Assembly (NCBI GenBank): GCA_963733195.1
Contig: CAVTCR010000064.1
Location: 21,032-85,031 of the forward strand
Origin: an uncultured delta proteobacterium
GTDB lineage: Bacteria > Desulfobacterota > Binatia > Bin18
Direction of reading: 5' to 3'
DNA length: 64,000 nucleotides
The first letter of the stretch is position 1. Every line of letters starts with the position of its first letter. A model generated the notes under the pieces. That model did not search any database. It had not been told where the DNA came from and was given only the letters and a program-made list of their open reading frames with translations. The position numbers and the translations under genes are program-made. Of this stretch, positions 1-10,005 are shown one piece after another.

Positions 1-127
1 TCACACCAAGAGCGAAAAATACCCGAGAAAGCTTGACAACTTCGTAAGCTGGCTTTATTTCCTGCAAGGACTAAAGTTATACAGCTCATGTCAAAATATC
101 AATCAATTCTGAGGATTGCTTAGTGTT

Positions 128-883
128 ATGATTGAAGTCCAGCAGCTTACCAAGCGCTACGGCGACCTCACCGCCATCAACAATATCTCTTTTAGTGTTA
201 CTTCTGGACAGATTCTTGGTTTTCTTGGGCCGAATGGTTCAGGAAAAACCACGACGATGCGCATTATCACCGGCTTCATGCCGGCGTCTAGTGGGACAGT
301 GAAGGTCGCAGGGTTCGACATCTTCGACGATTCCTTTGAGGCCCGCAAACGCATTGGTTACCTCCCTGAGAATCCGCCACTCTATAACGACATGACCGTT
401 GCCTCGTATCTTCGCTTTGTCGCGCGGATCAAGGGAATGCGAAAGGCTGACATTGCTGATGCGCTAGACCGAGTCGTCAATCGCTGTGGTCTCACGAGTG
501 TCACCGATCGTGTCACCGGGCATCTATCGAAAGGGTTTCGTCAGCGTGTCGGACTGGCACAGGCGATCATCCATAATCCGCAGGTGTTGGTGCTCGACGA
601 ACCCACTGTCGGCCTTGATCCACAACAGATCATCGAGATCCGTTCTTTGATCAAAGAACTTTCTGGTGCGCATACCGTCGTGCTTTCCACGCATATTCTC
701 CCAGAGGTTGCGCAGGTCTGTGAAAAAGTCGTCATTATCAGTTCTGGACGGGTGGTGATGGAAGATATGATGACCAATCTCGCTCAGGGAAAATCGCTCG
801 AAGATGTTTTTCTCCAAGCGATCTCACAAGATGAACCGCAACGGAGCGCGCAACAAGGCCTCGAGGCTGAGGTGGCACAATGA
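128..883 (+). CDS. ABC transporter ATP-binding protein (GldA-like)
   Basis: Walker A GPNGSGKTT, signature LSKGFRQRV, Walker B VLVLDEPT, H-loop STH; ATG at 128. Confidence 0.92.
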   Translation: MIEVQQLTKRYGDLTAINNISFSVTSGQILGFLGPNGSGKTTTMRIITGFMPASSGTVKVAGFDIFDDSFEARKRIGYLPENPPLYNDMTVASYLRFVARIKGMRKADIADALDRVVNRCGLTSVTDRVTGHLSKGFRQRVGLAQAIIHNPQVLVLDEPTVGLDPQQIIEIRSLIKELSGAHTVVLSTHILPEVAQVCEKVVIISSGRVVMEDMMTNLAQGKSLEDVFLQAISQDEPQRSAQQGLEAEVAQ

Positions 884-1656
884 GAAACGTGTTCACCATT
901 GTCGGCAAAGAATTGCGCTCCTATTTTGTTTCACCGATTGCTTATGTCGTACTGACCGGGTTCCTGCTGCTCGGTGGATGGTTCTTCTTCAACTTGCTGT
1001 CTCGATTTAACCTCCTCTTAAGTTTGTATCTGCAGATGCAACAAGGCGGAGACGCAGCAAATCGCTTAAATCTAAACGATTACGTTATTGCCCCGCTCAT
1101 GCACAATTTAGCGATTGTTCTGGTGATCCTCGTGCCGATGATCACGATGCGTGCGTACGCAGAAGAAAAAAAAGGTGGAACCTACGAGTTGTTATTAACC
1201 TCACCAGTGCGCACTGGTGAGATTGTCTTAGGGAAGTTCCTCGCCTCGTTTCTGTTCATTTGCATCATGATCGGTCTTACTGGGGTCTATCCGGCGATCT
1301 TGATGAAGTTTGGCAATCCAGAGACTGGAGTCATTGCTTCTGGTTACCTGGGGTTGATTCTCTTAGCGACGGTGTTTGTCGCGGTTGGACTGTTAACCTC
1401 CTCACTCACGGAGAACCAGATCATTGCGGCAGTGAGCGGCTTGGTGGCGACCTTGTTGCTCTACATCATCGGCTGGCCAGCGGAAACAGCTGGTGATGTA
1501 CTTGGACCATTGCTCCGTTATCTTTCGGTTACCGAACATTTTGCTGAAATGGTGAGAGGGATCATTAATACCCGTTCACTGGTGTATTTTTTCAGTCTCA
1601 TCGCGCTGGCACTGTTCCTCACCCAGCGTTCGGTTGAGTCACTGCGCTGGAGGTAA
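880..1656 (+). CDS. ABC-2 type permease (GldF-like)
   Basis: Six TM segments, AEEKKGGTYELLLTSP motif; ATGA overlap with the upstream ATPase. Confidence 0.88.
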   Translation: MRNVFTIVGKELRSYFVSPIAYVVLTGFLLLGGWFFFNLLSRFNLLLSLYLQMQQGGDAANRLNLNDYVIAPLMHNLAIVLVILVPMITMRAYAEEKKGGTYELLLTSPVRTGEIVLGKFLASFLFICIMIGLTGVYPAILMKFGNPETGVIASGYLGLILLATVFVAVGLLTSSLTENQIIAAVSGLVATLLLYIIGWPAETAGDVLGPLLRYLSVTEHFAEMVRGIINTRSLVYFFSLIALALFLTQRSVESLRWR

Positions 1657-1661
1657 TCCCA

Positions 1662-3209
1662 ATGGCACGACTGGGATCATTTTACGGAGTCGTTGGGATC
1701 ATTCTGCTCCTTTTTGCCGGAGTCGCGTACTTTATTACTCGTACTTTTTCCTCGTACGTGGTTATTCATCTGGTGATGGGGCTCCTTGCGCTTATTGCCT
1801 ACTTCGCCTCAGCGCAAGGATCGGTCAGAGGATTCCTCGGCGAGCGTTCAACGAAATACGGTGCCCAAGCTGTGCTGTATTCGTTGATCTTCTTCGGCGT
1901 GTTGATTCTAATCAATTACATCGCGGCCAAAAACTCACACCGTTTTGACATGACGAAGTCTGGCATTTTTAGTGTTGCGCCGCAAACGCAAAGCGTTCTG
2001 CAGAAACTCGATAAACCACTAGAGGTTAACGCTTTCGTCGAGGCCGGTTCTGACCCAGCTCTCCGTGAGTTACTCAGCAGTTACCGATACATTTCCGATA
2101 AGGTGAACTTCCGACTGATCGATGCCGATAAGCAGCCTGATCTCGCCGAGAAGTTTCAGATTACCGCTATCCCTGCCGTCCATCTTCAGTATGGTGATCG
2201 CACCAATGTGGTAACGAAACTCTCAGAGGAAGAGCTGACCAATGGCATCATCAAAATTACCCGGGCCGAGAAAAAGGTGGTCTATTTTCTCTCTGGCCAT
2301 GGCGAGCCAGATATTGCTGACATACAAGAGCCGCGCGGTTATGGCCAATTGAAAACCGCGCTCGACAACGAGAGCTACGAAGTTAAATCTCTTGTGCTCT
2401 CGACTGATGCCGCAATACCAGACGATGCCAATCTGTTGATCGTCGCCGGTGCGGATCGTTCATTACAAGAACACGAAGTGAAGGCGATCGATACCTACTT
2501 GAAGAAGGGGAAGCATGCTCTATTTCTGCTCAATCCCCGAGTGACACCGGAGCTGACGACCTATCTTGAACAGTGGGGAGTGAAAGTCGGCAACGATGTT
2601 ATTGTTGATGAACAGCTGCAATTGTTGAAAGGACGAACGTTCACTCTCACACCATTTGTTACTGCCTACGGACAGCATCCGATTACCGAGGAATTTGGTC
2701 GCCGCACTGCGCTCACCACGTATGGCCTCTCTCGTTCTGTTGAGCCTCAGGCTGATGGAAAACAGGGAGTAACTCCAGTCAGCTTGGCGCAGACTGGACC
2801 TAATGCTTGGGCGGAAACTGATTTAGAAAGCATCTTTCAGCGACAGACTGCTGGTCTTGATGAAGCCGACCGCAAAGGGCCAATCTCTCTTGCGGTTGCG
2901 GTCACCGCGAATCTGAAAGATATGGGAGCCGGGCAAGACGGGACGTCAAGGCTTGTTGTCTTCGGTGATGCGATTTTCGCTAACAACCAATACATCGGAC
3001 AATACTTTAATCGCGATCTGCTGTTGAATTCTATTAGCTGGTTGGTAGGCGAAGAAGGGCTAGTCTCGATTCGTCCGCGCACAATTCAGGCCTCTCGGGT
3101 GCAACTCACGCAAGAGCAAGGAACGCTCATCTTCTATCTCTCGGTATTGATTCTACCGGAACTCCTCTTGATTCTCGGTCTTGCGGTGTGGTGGCGTCGG
3201 TCGTCGTAA
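1662..3209 (+). CDS. GldG-like ABC auxiliary component
   Basis: N-terminal TMs, RFDMT motif, VYFLSGHGE motif, NRDLLLNSISWL, C-terminal TM ending WWRR. Confidence 0.85.
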   Translation: MARLGSFYGVVGIILLLFAGVAYFITRTFSSYVVIHLVMGLLALIAYFASAQGSVRGFLGERSTKYGAQAVLYSLIFFGVLILINYIAAKNSHRFDMTKSGIFSVAPQTQSVLQKLDKPLEVNAFVEAGSDPALRELLSSYRYISDKVNFRLIDADKQPDLAEKFQITAIPAVHLQYGDRTNVVTKLSEEELTNGIIKITRAEKKVVYFLSGHGEPDIADIQEPRGYGQLKTALDNESYEVKSLVLSTDAAIPDDANLLIVAGADRSLQEHEVKAIDTYLKKGKHALFLLNPRVTPELTTYLEQWGVKVGNDVIVDEQLQLLKGRTFTLTPFVTAYGQHPITEEFGRRTALTTYGLSRSVEPQADGKQGVTPVSLAQTGPNAWAETDLESIFQRQTAGLDEADRKGPISLAVAVTANLKDMGAGQDGTSRLVVFGDAIFANNQYIGQYFNRDLLLNSISWLVGEEGLVSIRPRTIQASRVQLTQEQGTLIFYLSVLILPELLLILGLAVWWRRSS

Positions 3210-3228
3210 GTATACTCCTCGGTTTCGT

Positions 3229-4678
3229 ATGAACCTGCGAAATTCGCTCATCATGCTGGTTATCCTCCTTGCATTGGGAGGATACGTCTATTTTGTTGAG
3301 GTTCCGCATGAGAAAAAGGCTGCCGAGGAAAAGAAGCTGTTGACCCTTGATAAGGAGGCAGTGAGCGAACTCACTCTTACTTATCCCAACCGTACCCTGA
3401 CTTTGAAAAAAACTGATGCTGGGAAGTGGCGGATTACGCAGCCAATTGAAGCAGATGCCGATGAAACAACTGTGAAAAATTTGATCAACGCAATTGCCGA
3501 TGCTGAGGTAAAGCGGACACTCGATGAGGCTCCCCAGGATCTCGCAGTTTACGGACTGACCACACCAGTAGTGAAGGCAAAGCTCGTACTCAAGGATGGG
3601 AAGAGCTTTCCGCTTGATCTCGTTCGGCAAAGACACCCCAGTTGGTTTTTCCACTTACGCCCAGAAAGAAGGAGACGCGAAAGTCATACTTGTGCCGCAA
3701 ACGCTGCGCATGGGTATGATCAAAGAGGTCAAAGACCTACGGGATCGGACCATCCTGACGTTTAATGATGACGAAGTGAAAAAGTTGGAAATTCGTGGAC
3801 CAGACCGAGAGATCGTCTTGAATAAAGCCGACGGAGGATGGACATTGGAAAAACCCACGCCGGCGAAGGCTGACGATACCGAAGTCAAAACATTTCTGTC
3901 CAACCTCCGATCACTCCAAGCGCAAGACTTTCTCGAAGAACCGATGCTCGGATCGCAAGAGCTTGGATTAGAACCCCCACAAATGTCGATTACACTCACA
4001 CTTGATGCAGATAACGCGCAGAAGACGGTGCTGATTGGTGGGGAGAAAACTGACGACAAAGGAACCAAAACCCGCTATATCAAACGCGCTGAGCTAGAAA
4101 AACCGCTCTTTCTCGCTGGCGAGTGGATCTGGCGCGATCTTAATAAAGGCGTTGCCGATTTTCGTGACAAAACCGTGGCGCAGTTCACTGCCGAGCAGGT
4201 TAAGAAAGTTGAGGTAAAGCGCCAGGATGGAGAGAACTTTGTCCTCACTCGCAGTGCTGAAAATAAATGGAGCATCGATAAAACGCAAGAAGGAACTCTC
4301 AGGGAACCAGCGTTGAGTCAATTTGTCGACGAGCTACGACAACTGCGCGGATTTGAGATTGCAGCCGAGAATCCGACCGATCTCAGTGCGTATGGACTAG
4401 ATACCCCCTTTGTTTCCGTTGCTGTTTCTGATGGTGAGGGAAAGAAACTCGCGACCGTCCTGGCTGGACAAAAAGGTGAAGGAGCGGAACGAAAAACCTT
4501 CGCGATGGCCGAAGGAAGCCAGACGGTCTTTGGCTTGCGAGATTACGTTTTCGATCGACTCAACAAGAAGCCTGTCGATTTTTGGGAGAAGCCGGCTGAG
4601 AAGAAAGAAACCCCGGCCGCGTCACAACCTGCGACTTCTGCTCCTGCGACTGAAAGCCAAGAAGAGTCGACTCACTGA
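3229..4678 (+). CDS. DUF4340 domain protein (three repeats), one frameshift near 3613
   Basis: ORFs 3181-3765 and 3596-4678 join (KSFPL/ISFGKDTP); repeated L..YGL..P motif; typical fourth gene of GldAFG-like operons. Confidence 0.8.
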
Positions 4679-4699
4679 CGGCGTTTCTAATCTATCAAT

Positions 4700-4731
4700 A
4701 AAAACGCCAGACTTTGTCGAAGCCTGGCGTT
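4700..4731. terminator. Probable intrinsic terminator between convergent genes
   Basis: Stem AACGCCAG...CTGGCGTT with an A-run on the left (U-tail on the minus strand). Confidence 0.55.
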
Positions 4732-4740
4732 AGTCAATCA

Positions 4741-5523
4741 CTACCCTAGAAAACGAGTTACCGCATTCACGAAAGCTTCTGGCTGTTCATACGGTACCAT
4801 GTGGCCAGCTTGGTCGATGAGGGTAATGTCAGCTTGCGGAATCAGCTTCTTGAATTGGTCGGCATAGACTGGTGGGATTAGCTTGTCGCTCTTGCCCCAG
4901 ACTACGAGAGTAGGGGCAGTGAGACGATACAAACGTTTTGATAACCGACGGTTAGGAATTGGGAACAAGATCTTCCCTGCCATGCTCATGCGTTTCGAGT
5001 TGCCGATGTAGAACTCCTTCAGCGCCTCGGGGTTTTTGAGATCAAGTCCGGCGGTGAGCAGGGTCTCGCCTTGGGCACGATCGTGAAAGAGATACTGGGC
5101 ATATTCATGGGGTAAGAACGAGAAGATGTCCGGAATCGGACTCTTTTCAATCCATAACCCTGCTGAACAGACCAACACCAGTTTTGTCACATCGTTGGGA
5201 GCAAGACTCGCCATCTCGGCAGCAATCATCCCACCCATAGAGTGACCCATCAGGTGTGGCTTATTCAAGCCTAACGCTGAGACGACATCCCAGCCATGCA
5301 GAGTGAAATCGAGCATGTCTTCCAGCAGTTCTTCACCAGTGGATTCGCCGTAAGCAGGGAACTCAGGAGCAAACACGTGATAACGAGTCGCGAGGCGATC
5401 GAGAAACGGATTCTCGGCGAAAAGACCGCCTGCACCGTGCATGAAAACAAGAGGTGCGCCACTCCCCGCCTCAAGTACGCGAACTTTCGCCCCGCGCTTG
5501 GTCTCAATTTTGTGGATCTTCAT
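4741..5523 (-). CDS. Alpha/beta fold hydrolase
   Basis: HGAGG oxyanion loop, GHSMGG nucleophile elbow, WGKSD and AGH catalytic Asp/His; start MKIHKIE coupled to the upstream LLM stop. Confidence 0.9.
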   Translation of the reverse strand: MKIHKIETKRGAKVRVLEAGSGAPLVFMHGAGGLFAENPFLDRLATRYHVFAPEFPAYGESTGEELLEDMLDFTLHGWDVVSALGLNKPHLMGHSMGGMIAAEMASLAPNDVTKLVLVCSAGLWIEKSPIPDIFSFLPHEYAQYLFHDRAQGETLLTAGLDLKNPEALKEFYIGNSKRMSMAGKILFPIPNRRLSKRLYRLTAPTLVVWGKSDKLIPPVYADQFKKLIPQADITLIDQAGHMVPYEQPEAFVNAVTRFLG

Positions 5524-6781
5524 AGCGGGAGCCTCCCGTCCTGCCGTGCTTGTTCTACTGTGGTTTCTGGTTGGAGACGTTCCTCCATCGGCTTGCACCA
5601 CCAGCGGTTGTCGTCTTTCCACTCTGGCCACATGTTACGAAGCTCAGGCATGACTTTCTCGGCGAACAGTTTCGTCGAATAGCGAGTTTTCCAGTCGGGC
5701 ATATTGCCAACATGCATCAGACAGAAAATGTGTCCGACGTGTAGCCCTTTGATAAGTTCTTCCATTTGTTCGCGGACTGTTGCCGGACTTCCGGCAATCA
5801 CATAGCGACCATCGATAGTTCTTTCCAGGAGAGCGAAGGGAAAAGATTCTGCATATCCTCACTTAAGGCATTAAGCACATCTGCTTGTAAGGTCTTAATC
5901 GTGCGATATCCAGGAGCATCAGCGAAACCGCCGTAAATATGCAGGCAGCGGTTATAGAAGTAGTTGACGTGCTCAGCGTACAGCTTCTCTGCTTCTTGGT
6001 CTGTCTCGGCGACACAGATTGTTTGGGCAAACGCTCCACGATAGGGAGATTCATCCTTGCCGCGTTTGGCTACTTGATCCCAGTAGCCATCAAGTAACTT
6101 CTTGCCACGCAGATAGCCAGTGAAAGACAGATAAGAATAGTTATAGTCGTTATCGAGGCAGAAGTCCCACGTTTCAATTGAGCCACCACCAGGAATGTAA
6201 ATGGGTGGGTGTGGTTTCTGAATCGGCTTTGGCCAGAGGTTCACATGACGTAACTGGTTGTATTTGCCGTCAAATGCGAATGGCTCTTCCTCTGCCCACG
6301 CGCGCCTGACAAGTTCATGGGCTTCGGCGTATTTATCACGCGTTAAGGCAGGAATTTGCCCGTAGCAATAATTCGTGTCCATCGAGGTGCCGACAGGGAA
6401 CCCGGCGAGTAGTCGCCCACCAGACATGACATCGAGCATGGCGAATTCTTCGGCGACACGAATAGGAGGATTGTAGAGGGCCAACGAGTTGCCAATCACC
6501 GCGATAGCTGCCTTTGAGGTACGCCGAGATAATCCCGCAGCAATGATGTTTGGTGAGGGCATAAGTCCATAGCCGTTTTGATGATGCTCGTTGCAGCCAA
6601 TACCGTCGAAGCCGACCTGCTCGGCATATTCGAGTTGATCCATGTATTGGTGGTAAACGAAATGGCCTTTCTGTGGATCATACAATTTGTTAGGAATATC
6701 GACCCACACTGAGTGATACTTCTCGCGAAAATCATCCGGCAGGTACGGCCACGGCATCAAGTTGAACCACGTGAACTTCAT
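5520..6781 (-). CDS. Luciferase-like (LLM class) flavin-dependent monooxygenase, 1-bp frameshift near 5817
   Basis: GFDGIGCNEHH, PIRVAEEFAMLD..SGGR, WPKPIQKPHPP; continues as IDGRYVIAGSP...LFAEKVMPELR in ORF 5520-5801. Confidence 0.88.
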
Positions 6782-6807
6782 GCGATCCTCCTTATTCGAT
6801 CGACTTC

Positions 6808-6829
6808 ATATTGATAAGTTACTCAATAG
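6808..6829. promoter_or_regulatory. Palindromic operator resembling the Vibrio LuxR/SmcR binding site
   Basis: ATATTGATAAGTTACTCAATAG (TATTGA-N8-TCAATA) between the divergent LLM and TetR genes; a minus-strand TTGACA at 6846-6851 places the -10 inside it. Confidence 0.7.
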
Positions 6830-6880
6830 AAGATACTGGTAGCTCTGTCAACGTAATACGATGAGCCTACAGTAGAGTCT

Positions 6881-7558
6881 ATGTTGAGTGAGTCAGTAAG
6901 TTCTATCCGTTCTCAACTGGTTGCGCCAAAGCGTTTCCGGGCACGACGTCTTGCCCCGCTGGAGCGGCGTGTGCAACTGCTAGAGTGCGCATTACGCGTC
7001 TTTGCTCGACGTGGGTTAGGGGCAGCACGACATGCGGAGATCGCCAAGGAAGCAGGAGTATCTGTCGCGACCACGTTTTTTTACTTTCCGACCCGGACGG
7101 ACCTTGTGAAGGCGGTGCTTGATGAGGTCGAACGTTTCTATTGTGCAATGGCTGAGCAAACGCACCAGAACTCCCTTCCAGCTCCGCAGGTAATGTTGGA
7201 CCACGCCAAGACCTTTGCCGACTCAGTCGACTCGCACCCCGATTATGCTCGAGTTTGGCTCGATTGGAGTACGGCGATCCGCGACGAAGTCTGGCCACGG
7301 TATCTTCGGTTTCAAGAACGAGTTGTCCAGGTTATGGAACGTACGATTCGTCGAGGACAACAGGAGGGATCTCTCTCGACTGCGCTCGACCCGAGCGACG
7401 AAGCGCATTTACTCTTTGGGTCGGCTCACATGATTGCGCAAATGAAGTTTACTCGACAGTCACCCGAAAAGATTGAACGGTTTCTTCATACACTGGCTCG
7501 TGTCGCTATTGGTGGTCCAACAACAAAACCCATTGTGTCGGTCACCGTTGAGGAGTAA
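6881..7558 (+). CDS. TetR-family regulator, LuxR(Vibrio harveyi)/HapR/SmcR-like
   Basis: HTH ...VFARRGLGAARHAEIAKEAGVSVATTFFYFPTRTDLV and ligand-domain motif VWLDWSTAIRDEVWP, both close to remembered HapR sequence. Confidence 0.85.
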   Translation: MLSESVSSIRSQLVAPKRFRARRLAPLERRVQLLECALRVFARRGLGAARHAEIAKEAGVSVATTFFYFPTRTDLVKAVLDEVERFYCAMAEQTHQNSLPAPQVMLDHAKTFADSVDSHPDYARVWLDWSTAIRDEVWPRYLRFQERVVQVMERTIRRGQQEGSLSTALDPSDEAHLLFGSAHMIAQMKFTRQSPEKIERFLHTLARVAIGGPTTKPIVSVTVEE

Positions 7559-8105
7559 GGAGCTGAGTTTTGAGAGAGGCATCTAGCGGTTTTGCACCTA
7601 ACCAAATCGCGAAATAGGCCGCAGCAAAATCAGCCCCCTCAATGACTCCTTTGGGCTTGCCATTCAGTGCCAGCTCGGTCCCTACTCCTGGAATATAAGT
7701 GAGCGAGTAACGATCACCAGGTTTGACGTTTTCGTACAAGGTGTTGAGCCTATCGAGACGCGATCGAAACGGTGCAACTTGCGCGTCAGGAAAATTGTCA
7801 GCAAGAATCTTCTCTGCGGCTTTACCGAAATCAGCCCCAGCAATCGACCAAAAATATTCCAGCTCAAGCCGCTTGGGAACATCGGTCAACACATCTTCTG
7901 GACGAGTTCCTTCTCCAAGATACAGCGCAGCAACGTAACCTTTGAAGATGACACGATAACGCAGCAAGCCAACGTTGTTCAATGTGAGCGTTGTTGTTCC
8001 AGTTTGGTAGCGATCGGCGAACATGACGCCTTCGATTGTTGCCGCTTGGGCAGCGGTCATCAGAACAACAGACAAAAAGATAACTCTCACGAGAATGACC
8101 GTCAT
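7542..8105 (-). CDS. Chalcone isomerase-like protein (secreted)
   Basis: Signal peptide, LNNVGLLRY..F.GYVAALY, FAAAYFAIWLG..P.D..LK..LL. Confidence 0.82.
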   Translation of the reverse strand: MTVILVRVIFLSVVLMTAAQAATIEGVMFADRYQTGTTTLTLNNVGLLRYRVIFKGYVAALYLGEGTRPEDVLTDVPKRLELEYFWSIAGADFGKAAEKILADNFPDAQVAPFRSRLDRLNTLYENVKPGDRYSLTYIPGVGTELALNGKPKGVIEGADFAAAYFAIWLGAKPLDASLKTQLLTPQR

Positions 8106-8152
8106 TGTTCTACACATTCCTTCGTTGGATGCTTGTCTCTCCGGGCATAACG

Positions 8153-8722
8153 TCATCTCCGTGTAGGCGGGAATCCAGGGATTTGCACCGGTTCTGGATA
8201 TGAGTCATGGTTGTTTTCCTTTGCCAACCAGACGAGAATCGGCATAGCGACGCCCCAAACAATCGCCATCATGATAAAGCTAAAAGTGCGATCTGGATTC
8301 AGAGTGAGTGCACCAAGCTGAGCACCTGAATAGTAACTCACCGGTCCGCCGATAACACCAAGAATTGCTGCTAATCCATATCTCCCAGACAACCAGCGGA
8401 GAGAAGTATGCAATGTTGTGGCAAAGGCTACCCAGAGGGAAACCATCCAGAGCGGACTGATCCATATTCCGGGGCTAGTATTTATAAATGAGAAAACACC
8501 TAGAAGAGCTTGGAGACTATCAAGAACAAAACCGAAAACACCGGCAGTGATAAGGAGGCGAAGTTCCTGGGTATGAGAGTAACCGGACAAGAAATAGAAA
8601 TGGAGTGCGAGTAGCACGAGAACTGAAAAAGGCCCGATGAGCAGATACTGATGGGCTGCACCGAGAACACAGGCAAACCACGTACCGTAGAAGGCAACAA
8701 TATTTACTAAAATTGGATTCAT
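8153..8722 (-). CDS. DUF2878 membrane protein
   Basis: NIVAFYGTWFACV, PLWM..LW..FATTL..SL.WL, GGPVSY..GA.LGA; usual neighbour of cfa/DUF1365. Confidence 0.8.
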   Translation of the reverse strand: MNPILVNIVAFYGTWFACVLGAAHQYLLIGPFSVLVLLALHFYFLSGYSHTQELRLLITAGVFGFVLDSLQALLGVFSFINTSPGIWISPLWMVSLWVAFATTLHTSLRWLSGRYGLAAILGVIGGPVSYYSGAQLGALTLNPDRTFSFIMMAIVWGVAMPILVWLAKENNHDSYPEPVQIPGFPPTRR

Positions 8723-10005
8723 GCGATTGGAAGGGGCGGAAGAATAGGTTTACGTTGGCAAAGAGGTTTGGTCAGCAGCATTTGTACATCACCAATCACC
8801 CGTTCGCGAAATCCCCCTTCGCAGTAACAGAGATAGAACTCCCACATACGGATGAACTCTTCCGAGTAGCCGAGAGCCCGCACGCGGTTGAGATTAGCGA
8901 AGAATCGCTCGCGCCAGTGACGCAGTGTCTCGGCGTAGTGGAGCGTAATGTCCTCCATATGGAACAGTCGCATATCGGTCGCGCGTGCCAGAGACTGGCT
9001 GATCGTTGTGATGGAAGGAATACAACTTCCGGGGAAAATATAACGCTGAATGAAATCAACCGAGCGTTTCGCTTGCTCGTATAATTGATCAGCGATGATG
9101 ATGGCTTGGAGCAGCATTATGCCGTTTGGTTTGAGCAGATTGCTGCAACACGTGAAGTACGTATCATAGAAAGCGTAGCCGACTGCTTCGATCATTTCGA
9201 TCGAGACCAACTTATCATATTGGCCTTTGAGGTCGCGGTAGTCTTGGCGCAAAACAGTTATCTGGTCACTCAGTCCTGCCGCATGCACACGCTGTAGTGC
9301 GAACTCATACTGTTCCTGGGAGATTGTGGTGGTCGTCACGCGACAGCCGTACTGTCGTGCGGCATGTAAGGCAAATGTTCCCCAGCCAGTACCGATTTCT
9401 AGCAAATGATCGTTGGGAGAAAGTTGCAGCTTCTGGCAAATACGATCGATCTTTGCTATCGAAGCGTCCTGTAGTGTACTGTCCTCACGCTCAAAGATCC
9501 CACACGAGTAGGTCATCGTTTCGTCGAGAAACAGGGCAAAAAAATCATTGCCAAGGTCGTAGTGGGCGGCGATATTGTGACGGCTTCCGTTTTTGCTATT
9601 GCGGTGCAAAAAATGAAAGAGCTTGCGTAGTGGGATGGTAAGACGGGCAAGACCAGTTTCTATGCCGTCGAGAACATCGCGGTTACGCGCAATGATCCGG
9701 GTCAATGCAGTAAGGTCATCGCACGACCAAAATCCGCTCATGTAAGCTTCACCTGCACCTACACTCCCACCGAAAGCGATGTCTGTATAGAAGCGCGGAT
9801 CACCAACGTAAATCGTCACCGCGAGTGAACAGATGTCGGTGCGTGTACCGAAAATCTGACAGCTGTCACTTTCGATGAGGGTGATTTCACCGTGCTGTAA
9901 AGTGAGCAAATGAGTCAGTACCGCCTGGCGAGCCAGGCGGGTGAGAAACGTCAGCTGTGCGGTATAGGGAGTTGGTATCGCAGTCGGAACAATTGAGTCC
10001 TTCAT
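8719..10005 (-). CDS. cfa: Cyclopropane/unsaturated fatty-acyl phospholipid methyltransferase (Cfa/UfaM-like)
   Basis: NIAAHYDLGN, M.YSC, LEIGTGWG, SIEMIEAVG, FIQRYIFPG, RMWEFYLCYCEGGF. Confidence 0.9.
   Translation of the reverse strand: MKDSIVPTAIPTPYTAQLTFLTRLARQAVLTHLLTLQHGEITLIESDSCQIFGTRTDICSLAVTIYVGDPRFYTDIAFGGSVGAGEAYMSGFWSCDDLTALTRIIARNRDVLDGIETGLARLTIPLRKLFHFLHRNSKNGSRHNIAAHYDLGNDFFALFLDETMTYSCGIFEREDSTLQDASIAKIDRICQKLQLSPNDHLLEIGTGWGTFALHAARQYGCRVTTTTISQEQYEFALQRVHAAGLSDQITVLRQDYRDLKGQYDKLVSIEMIEAVGYAFYDTYFTCCSNLLKPNGIMLLQAIIIADQLYEQAKRSVDFIQRYIFPGSCIPSITTISQSLARATDMRLFHMEDITLHYAETLRHWRERFFANLNRVRALGYSEEFIRMWEFYLCYCEGGFRERVIGDVQMLLTKPLCQRKPILPPLPIA

Noticed and set aside
3596-3630. 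Programmed ribosomal frameshift in DUF4340
   Set aside because: No slippery heptamer at the junction; similar indels throughout the window point to sequencing error
5520-6781. True bioluminescence luxA under LuxR control
   Set aside because: No luxB/C/D/E, and the protein is a longer uncharacterised LLM subfamily; only the fold is shared
6882-6900. Second LuxR-like operator at the regulator start
   Set aside because: Half-sites are separated by 5 bp rather than 8 and the match is weak
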